A DNA stretch of 4,230 nt. Source: a virus. Its lineage: Duplodnaviria > Heunggongvirae > Uroviricota > Caudoviricetes. Numbering within the stretch: position 1 is the stretch's first letter; every line of letters starts with the position of its first letter. The stretch lies in the IMG/VR virus record IMGVR_UViG_2713896789_000014. One strand, 5' to 3'. Below, in pieces: positions 1-4,230 of the stretch. The translations under genes and the position numbers were made by a program. The notes under the pieces were generated by a model, which was not told the DNA's origin, did no database searches, and worked only from the letters and a program-made list of their open reading frames with translations.

Positions 1-498
1 TCAAAAAAACACGGTGTTTTCCGGGTGCTGCCGGTAAAAGGCGCATCTGTCTATGGCAAGCCGGTGATCACCATGCCAAAAACCCGCAATCAGCGGGGCG
101 TGTATCTGTGTGAAGTGGGGACGGACACCGCAAAAGAAATTCTCTATGCCCGTATGAAAGCCGATCCCACGCCTGCGGATGAAGCCACGTCGTATGCCAT
201 CCGTTTTCCTGATGATCCGGAGATTTTTTCGCAGACAGAGGCGCAGCAACTGGTGGCGGAGGAGCTGGTGGAGAAGTGGGAAAAAGGAAAGATGCGTCTG
301 TTGTGGGATAACAAAAAGCGGCGTAACGAAGCGCTGGACTGCCTGGTGTATGCCTACGCGGCATTACGTGTGTCTGTGCAACGCTGGCAGCTTGATCTGG
401 CTGTACTGGCAAAATCCCGGGAAGAAGAGACGACCCGGCCAACCCTGAAAGAACTGGCAGCGAAGCTGTCCGGAGGAGTGAATGGTTACAGTCGCTGA
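1..498 (+). CDS. A: Terminase large subunit, C-terminal portion (lambda gpA-like); 5' end lies upstream of the window
   Basis: Frame 1 is open from position 1 (no in-frame stop) to TGA at 496-498. The translation (…RFPDDPEIFSQTEAQQLVAEELVEKWEKGKMRLLWDNKKRRNEALDCLVYAYAALRVSVQRWQLDLAVLA…) closely matches the recalled C-terminus of lambda gpA (…NEALDC.VYA.AALRISISRWQLDL…). It sits immediately upstream of W and B homologs, as in lambda. Confidence 0.85.
   Translation, partial: SKKHGVFRVLPVKGASVYGKPVITMPKTRNQRGVYLCEVGTDTAKEILYARMKADPTPADEATSYAIRFPDDPEIFSQTEAQQLVAEELVEKWEKGKMRLLWDNKKRRNEALDCLVYAYAALRVSVQRWQLDLAVLAKSREEETTRPTLKELAAKLSGGVNGYSR
472..477 (+). promoter_or_regulatory. Ribosome binding site for the gpW-like gene
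   Basis: GGAGGA 4 nt upstream of ATG at 482, located within the 3' end of the terminase gene. Confidence 0.6.
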
Positions 499-688
499 AC
501 TGCAGGCGCTGCGTCAGGCGCGCCTTGATTTATTAACCGGTAAACGGGTGGTGTCTGTCCAGAAAGATGGTCGCAGAATTGAATATACGGCGGCTTCTCT
601 GGATGAGCTTAACCGTGCGATCAATGATGCGGAGTCGGTACTGGGGACAACCCGCCGTCGCCGTCGTCCGCTGGGAGTGAGGTTATGA
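482..688 (+). CDS. W: Head completion / head-tail joining protein (lambda gpW-like), 68 aa
   Basis: ATG at 482 is preceded by GGAGGA (472-477) at 4-nt spacing. The 68-aa product has the same length as lambda gpW and shares its core motif (LLTGKRVVSVQKDGRRIEYTAASLDEL versus lambda [27 protein letters not shown]). The start overlaps the terminase 3' end by 17 nt and the stop overlaps the B start (ATGA). Confidence 0.85.
   Translation: MVTVAELQALRQARLDLLTGKRVVSVQKDGRRIEYTAASLDELNRAINDAESVLGTTRRRRRPLGVRL
673..682 (+). promoter_or_regulatory. Ribosome binding site for the portal gene, within the 3' end of W
   Basis: GGGAGTGAGG immediately upstream of ATG at 685, with the W stop overlapping the B start (ATGA). 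Confidence 0.5.
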
Positions 689-2270
689 AACGAACGCCTG
701 TCCTGATTGATGTGAACGGCGTTCCGCTTCGGGAGAGTCTCAGCTACCACGGGGGCGGTGCAGGATTTGGCGGGCAAATGGCGGAGTGGTTGCCACCGGC
801 GCAGAGTGCCGATGCGGCCCTGCTGCCCGCGTTGCGTCTGGGGAATGCCCGTGCAGATGATCTGGTACGCAATAACGGGATAGCGGCTAATGCGGTGGCC
901 CTGCATAAGGATCATATTGTCGGGCATATGTTTCTTATCAGCTACCGTCCGAACTGGCGCTGGCTGGGGATGCGGGAGACTGCGGCAAAAAGTTTTGTCG
1001 ATGAGGTGGAGGCGGCCTGGTCGGAATACGCAGAAGGGATGTTTGGCGAGATCGACGTGGAAGGGAAACGCACGTTCACGGAATTTATCCGTGAAGGTGT
1101 GGGCGTTCATGCCTTTAACGGCGAAATCTTTGTGCAGCCGGTCTGGGATACGGAAACCACGCAGTTATTCCGCACGCGTTTTAAAGCCGTGAGTCCGAAA
1201 CGGGTGGACACGCCAGGACACGGTATCGGGAATCGTTTTCTGCGGGCCGGGGTGGAGGTCGATCGATATGGCCGTGCCGTTGCGTACCATATCTGTGAGG
1301 ATGATTTTCCTCGCTCCTGGAGTGGACGATGGGAACGGATCCCGCGTGAACTTCCCACCGGGCGTCCGGCCATGCTGCATATTTTCGAGCCGGTGGAGGA
1401 CGGGCAGACCCGTGGGGCCAATCAGTTTTACAGCGTTATGGAACGGCTGAAGATGCTGGATTCCCTGCAGGCAACACAGCTTCAGTCGGCCATTGTTAAA
1501 GCCATGTATGCAGCGACGATTGAAAGTGAACTTGATACCGAAAAGGCCTTTGAATATATCGCGGGGGCACCGCAGGGTCAGCAGGATAATCCGCTTATTA
1601 ATATTCTGGAGAAGTTCTCCAGCTGGTATGACACGAATCATGTGACGCTGGGCGGTGTCAAAATTCCGCACCTTTTCCCCGGGGATGATCTGAAACTGCA
1701 GACCGCGCAGGATTCAGACAATGGATTTTCGGCGCTTGAACAGGCGCTGCTGCGGTATATCGCCGCCGGTCTTGGCGTTTCCTACGAACAGTTGTCCCGT
1801 GATTACTCGAAGGTCAGTTATTCAAGTGCCCGCGCCTCCGCCAATGAGTCGTGGCGCTATTTTATGGGACGACGAAAATTTATTGCAGCCCGGCTGGCCA
1901 CGCAGATGTTTTCCTGCTGGCTGGAAGAGGCACTTCTTCGGGGGATTATCCGTCCGCCACGGGCACGTTTTGATTTTTATCAGGCGCGATCAGCCTGGTC
2001 GCGGGCAGAGTGGATTGGTGCCGGAAGAATGGCCATTGACGGGCTCAAGGAGGTCCAGGAATCGGTGATGCGTATTGATTCCGGACTGAGCACCTATGAG
2101 AAAGAGCTGGCGCTGATGGGTGAGGATTATCAGGACATTTTCCGCCAGCAAGTCAGGGAATCCGCAGAGCGGGAAAAGGCCGGACTCTCACGTCCGGTGT
2201 GGATAGCGCAGGCGTATCAGCAGCAGATAGCGGAGAGCCGCAGGCCGGAAGAGGAGACAACACCACGTGA
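685..2270 (+). CDS. B: Portal protein (lambda gpB-like); 3' end and stop codon lost in the N gap at 2271-2320
   Basis: ATG at 685 overlaps the W stop (ATGA at 685-688) and follows GGGAGTGAGG (673-682). About 528 codons are open before the gap, against a recalled ~533 aa for lambda gpB. Extensive recalled similarity to lambda gpB includes YHGGGAGFGGQ, NARADDLVRNNG, FEPVEDGQTRGANQFYSVME, LQSAIVKAMYAATIESELDT, LRYIAAGLGVSYEQLSR and SGRMAIDGLKEVQE. The ORF-track extension to 2343 reads through Ns and is not reliable. Confidence 0.9.
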
Positions 2271-2320
2271 NNNNNNNNNNNNNNNNNNNNNNNNNNNNNN
2301 NNNNNNNNNNNNNNNNNNNN
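2271..2320. other. Run of 50 N (assembly/scaffold gap or masked sequence) at the B/C junction
   Basis: Exactly 50 consecutive N characters seen in the sequence. Comparison with lambda suggests the B stop, the C start and roughly 60 N-terminal codons of C are missing, so the true gap is probably longer than 50 nt. Confidence 0.95.
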
Positions 2321-3468
2321 GACGAGTACATGGCCGGAGGTAAACGACCGGCCCGTGTTTACCGGGTGGTGAACGGTATTGCTGTACTGCCGGTGACCGG
2401 CACGCTGGTGCACCGGCTGGGTGGCATGCGGCCATTTTCCGGAATGACAGGCTATGACGGCATTGTCGCCTGTCTTCAGCAGGCAATGGCGGATAGCCAG
2501 GTGCGGGGCGTATTGCTGGACATTGACAGTCCGGGCGGGCAGGCCGCAGGCGCGTTTGACTGCGCTGACATGATTTACCGCCTCCGGCAGCAGAAGCCGG
2601 TCTGGGCACTGTGNNNNNNNNNNNNNNNNNNNNNNNNNNNNNNNNNNNNNNNNNNNNNNNNNNGGAGTGGATATCACGCTGATTTATGCCGGGGCGCATA
2701 AGGTGGATGGCAATCAGTTTGAAGCGTTACCGTCAGAGGTGCGTCAGGACATGCAGCAGCGCATTGATGCGGCGCACCGGATGTTTGCCGAAAAAGTGGC
2801 GATGTATACCGGGCTGTCTGTGGATGCGGTCACGGGGACAGAGGCTGCCGTTTTTGAAGGTCAGTCCGGTATTGAGGCCGGACTGGCGGATGAATTAATC
2901 AATGCGTCGGATGCCATCAGTGTGATGGCTGCGGCGCTGAACACACATGATACAGGAGGCACTATGCCGCAATTAACTGCAACNNNNNNNNNNNNNNNNN
3001 NNNNNNNNNNNNNNNNNNNNNNNNNNNNNNNNNCTTGCCACGATGCTGGCAGGACAACAGGGCATGAGCGTTGAACAGGCCCGGGCGATTCTGGCCGCGG
3101 CAGCATCACAGCAGCCGGTGGCATCCGCGCAGAGTGAAGCCGATCGCATTATGGCGTGTGAAGAAGCGAAAGGTCGTGAACAACTGGCGGCAACGCTGGC
3201 GGCGATGCCGGAGATGACGGTGGAAAAAGCCCGCCCTGTCCTGGCGGCTGCACCACGGGCGGATGCCGGGCCCTCACTCCGTGATCAGATTATGGATCTG
3301 GATGAGGCAAAAGGGGCTGAGGCGCAGGCTGAAAAACTGGCGGCCTGCCCGGGAATGANNNNNNNNNNNNNNNNNNNNNNNNNNNNNNNNNNNNNNNNNN
3401 NNNNNNNNGTGCCACAGACGTCAGCAGACGGTGATGCGGACGTGAAAATGCTCATGGCCATGCCATGA
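2321..3468 (+). CDS. C: Prohead protease / minor capsid protein (lambda gpC-like, ClpP/S49-type), interrupted by three 50-N gaps; start codon lies in the gap at 2271-2320
   Basis: Three segments match the recalled lambda gpC sequence. Segment 2321-2613: RPARVYRVVNGIAVLPVTGTLV…MTGYDGIVACLQQA…LLDIDSPGGQAAGAFDCADMIYRLRQQKPVWAL. Segment 2664-2983: GVDITLIYAGAHKVDGN…QQRIDAAHRMFAEKVAMYTGLSV…TEAAVFEGQSGIEAGLADELINASDAISVM. Segment 3034-3468 is Nu3-like and ends at TGA 3466-3468. The window frame changes across the gaps at 2614-2663 and 2984-3033, consistent with gaps of unknown true size. Confidence 0.8.
2614..2663. other. Run of 50 N inside the gpC-like gene
   Basis: Exactly 50 N. In lambda about 46 codons separate the flanking motifs (KPVWAL … GVEITLIY), so roughly 140 nt are probably missing. 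The reading frame is not preserved across the 50-N placeholder. Confidence 0.95.
2954..2959 (+). promoter_or_regulatory. Internal ribosome binding site (AGGAGG) for the nested Nu3-like start
   Basis: Perfect AGGAGG 4 nt upstream of the in-frame ATG at 2964, inside the C coding sequence. Confidence 0.6.
2964..3468 (+). CDS. Nu3: Scaffolding protein (lambda Nu3-like), translated from an internal in-frame start within the C reading frame; interrupted by two 50-N gaps
   Basis: ATG at 2964-2966 is in the C frame and preceded by a strong Shine-Dalgarno AGGAGG (2954-2959) at 4-nt spacing. It lies at the position corresponding to where lambda Nu3 begins inside C (lambda …SGGRMTKETQ…). The downstream sequence (…RIMACEEAKGREQLAATLAAMPEMTVEKARPVLAAAP…) matches the recalled lambda Nu3 region (…RIMGILNCEEAHGREEQARVLAETPGMTVKTARRILAAAP…). 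Stop is TGA at 3466-3468. Confidence 0.65.
2984..3033. other. Run of 50 N inside the C/Nu3 region
   Basis: Exactly 50 N. The frame on the two sides is inconsistent with a true 50-nt distance, so the gap size is unknown. Confidence 0.95.
3061..3358 (+). repeat. Diverged in-frame tandem repeat (about 150-nt / 50-aa period, at least two copies) within the Nu3-like scaffold coding region
   Basis: Copy 1 begins GMSVEQARAILAAA (from 3061) and contains ADRIMACEEAKGREQLAA. Copy 2 begins EMTVEKARPVLAAAP (from 3211) and contains RDQIMDLDEAKGAEAQAEKLAA. A third copy appears to begin at GM (3352-3357) just before the N gap. Recalled lambda Nu3 has a single copy of this motif. Confidence 0.55.
3359..3408. 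other. Run of 50 N near the 3' end of the C/Nu3 frame
   Basis: Exactly 50 N. It begins right at the start of a putative third copy of the Nu3 repeat motif. Confidence 0.95.
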
Positions 3469-3503
3469 AGTCAGTGCTGACATCAATATGAGGTTTTAAC
3501 AAA

Positions 3504-3955
3504 ATGGTGACGAAAACCATCACTAAACAGCGTGCGGAAGTACGTATTTTTGCCGGTAATGATCCGGCTCACACCGCCACAGGCAGCAGCGGGATTTCTC
3601 AGGCAACACCGGCACTGACGCCCCTGATGCTGGANNNNNNNNNNNNNNNNNNNNNNNNNNNNNNNNNNNNNNNNNNNNNNNNNNAGGCAGCAGCGGGATT
3701 TCTCAGGCAACACCGGCACTGACGCCCCTGATGCTGGATGAAGCCACCGGGAAACTGGTGGTCTGGGACGGACAGAAAGCCGGTAGTGCGGTTGGCATAC
3801 TGGTACTGCCGCTTGAAGGCACAGAGACGGTGCTGACCTATTACAAGTCGGGGACCTTTGCGACGGAGGCAATCCGCTGGCCTGAAAGTGTGGATGAACA
3901 CAAAAAGGCCAACGCCTTTGTCGGCACAGCCCTGAGTCACGCGGCGCTGCCGTAA
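3504..3955 (+). CDS. D: Head decoration protein (lambda gpD-like); apparent disruption is an assembly artefact (50 N plus a 54-bp duplicated contig end)
   Basis: ATG at 3504 with TGAGG upstream (3489-3493); stop TAA at 3953-3955. The core …DPAHTATGSSGISQATPALTPLMLDEATGKLVVWDGQKAGSAVGILVLPLEGTETVLTYYKSGTFATEAIRWPESVDEHKKANAFVGTALS… matches recalled lambda gpD (…DPAHTAT…MTPLMLD…KLVAWDG…AAVGIL…YKSGTF…WPE…AFAGTAIS). Joining 3634 directly to 3739, which removes the Ns and one copy of the duplicate, gives a continuous 115-aa ORF. Confidence 0.85.
3581..3634 (+). repeat. 54-bp segment, copy 1 of a perfect direct duplication flanking the N gap
   Basis: aggcagcagcgggatttctcaggcaacaccggcactgacgcccctgatgctgga at 3581-3634 is identical to 3685-3738. 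Confidence 0.9.
3635..3684. other. Run of 50 N inside the gpD-like gene; probably a zero-length gap between overlapping contigs
   Basis: Exactly 50 N flanked by identical 54-bp sequences. Removing the Ns plus one repeat copy restores the D reading frame. Confidence 0.9.
3685..3738 (+). repeat. 54-bp segment, copy 2 of the perfect direct duplication flanking the N gap
   Basis: Identical to 3581-3634 and located immediately after the N run. Confidence 0.9.
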
Positions 3956-3963
3956 CACGTTAT

Positions 3964-3983
3964 CAGGCCACCGCGTTGGCCTG
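3964..3983 (+). other. Short hairpin in the D-E intergenic region (7-bp perfect stem, 6-nt loop)
   Basis: caggcca (3964-3970), loop ccgcgt, tggcctg (3977-3983) are exact reverse complements. There is no following U-tract, so it is unlikely to be a strong intrinsic terminator. It may be an RNA stability or processing element. Confidence 0.3.
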
Positions 3984-3999
3984 ACTGATTTCTGAATGA

Positions 4000-4004
4000 A
4001 AGGA
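4000..4004 (+). promoter_or_regulatory. Ribosome binding site for the major capsid gene
   Basis: AAGGA 8 nt upstream of ATG at 4013. Confidence 0.5.
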
Positions 4005-4012
4005 ACTGATTT

Positions 4013-4230
4013 ATGGGATTGTTTACGACCCGCCAGTTACTCGGTTATACCGAACAAAAAGTGAAATTTCGTGCGCTGTTTCTGGAACTGTTTTTCCGCC
4101 GTACGGTGAATTTCCACACCGAAGAGGTGATGCTGGACAAAATTACCGGAAAAACGCCGGTGGCAGCCTATGTCTCCCCGGTTGTTGAAGGAAAAGTGCT
4201 GCGTCATCGTGGTGGTGAAACCCGCGTGTT
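4013..4230 (+). CDS. E: Major capsid protein (lambda gpE-like), N-terminal portion; continues beyond the window
   Basis: ATG at 4013 is preceded by AAGGA (4000-4004) at 8-nt spacing. The translation MGLFTTRQLLGYTEQKVKFRALFLELFFRR…AAYVSPVVEGKVLRHRGGET matches recalled lambda gpE (MSMYTTAQLLAANEQKFKFDPLFLRLFFRE…ALYVSPIVSGEVIRSRGGST). It is open to the end of the window. Confidence 0.85.
   Translation, partial: MGLFTTRQLLGYTEQKVKFRALFLELFFRRTVNFHTEEVMLDKITGKTPVAAYVSPVVEGKVLRHRGGETRV

Noticed and set aside
179-448. 89-aa + strand ORF in an alternative frame inside the terminase gene
   Set aside because: It overlaps the terminase frame, which has clear lambda gpA similarity. The product is low-complexity (R/W-rich) and implausible.
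514-1110. 198-aa minus-strand ORF antisense to W/B
   Set aside because: It lies entirely within well-supported + strand coding sequence for the W-like and portal genes. Its product is rich in R/P/H with no recognisable similarity and it has no RBS. This is a typical shadow ORF in GC-rich coding DNA.
1107-1671. Minus-strand ORFs (1107..1421, 1165..1671) antisense to the portal gene
   Set aside because: Same reasoning: they are antisense shadows of the strongly supported gpB-like CDS.
890-2068. Alternative-frame + strand ORFs inside the portal gene (890..1192, 1268..1450, 1721..2068)
   Set aside because: They are out of frame with the gpB-like CDS, have no homology signal, and are artefacts of a long GC-rich coding region.
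2153-2701. Minus-strand ORFs (2153..2677, 2217..2699) and the + ORF 2267..2701 whose translations contain runs of X
   Set aside because: These ORFs are kept open only by reading through N runs (translated as X). Their continuity is an artefact and they are not real genes.
2667-3074. GTG-initiated 135-aa ORF reported as an independent gene
   Set aside because: The GTG at 2667 is an internal valine codon (GVDITLIY) of the gpC-like protein just after the N gap, not a true start.
3504-3955. Possibility that gpD is a genuine pseudogene disrupted by an insertion, or involves a programmed frameshift
   Set aside because: The disruption consists of a 50-N placeholder plus an exact 54-bp repeat of the upstream contig end, and its removal restores a perfect ORF. 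That points to an assembly artefact, not biology. No slippery heptamer is present.
3483-3958. Minus-strand ORFs (3483..3872, 3599..3958) antisense to gpD
   Set aside because: They are antisense to a well-supported decoration-protein gene and partly span the N run.
1-4230. Search for CRISPR arrays, tRNA/rRNA genes, transposase or insertion-sequence ends, and toxin-antitoxin or defence cargo
   Set aside because: No short regularly spaced repeats, no tRNA-like cloverleaf candidates and no terminal inverted repeats were noticed. All coding capacity is accounted for by lambdoid head genes.

Overview
This window is the head-morphogenesis (late) module of a lambda-like siphovirus or prophage, all on the + strand in lambda gene order: terminase large subunit C-terminus (gpA-like, 1..498), head completion protein gpW-like (482..688), portal gpB-like (685..>2270), prohead protease gpC-like with a nested in-frame Nu3-like scaffold (2321..3468), decoration protein gpD-like (3504..3955) and the start of the major capsid protein gpE-like (4013..>4230). 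Identifications rest on recalled similarity of the translated ORFs to phage lambda proteins, on conserved synteny and on overlapping or coupled start/stop codons; no search was run. The proteins are clearly diverged from lambda itself, and the high GC content suggests an enterobacterial host. Five runs of exactly 50 N (2271-2320, 2614-2663, 2984-3033, 3359-3408, 3635-3684) break the B/C junction, C, Nu3 and D. At least the last is a scaffolding artefact, because it is flanked by a perfect 54-bp direct duplication whose removal restores an intact D gene. I see no evidence of a novel or undescribed system; this is a canonical, well-understood structural gene cluster. The points worth a second look are the assembly artefacts, a tandem repeat within the scaffold region and the nested Nu3 start. 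All minus-strand ORFs in the track appear to be non-coding shadows of the + strand genes.
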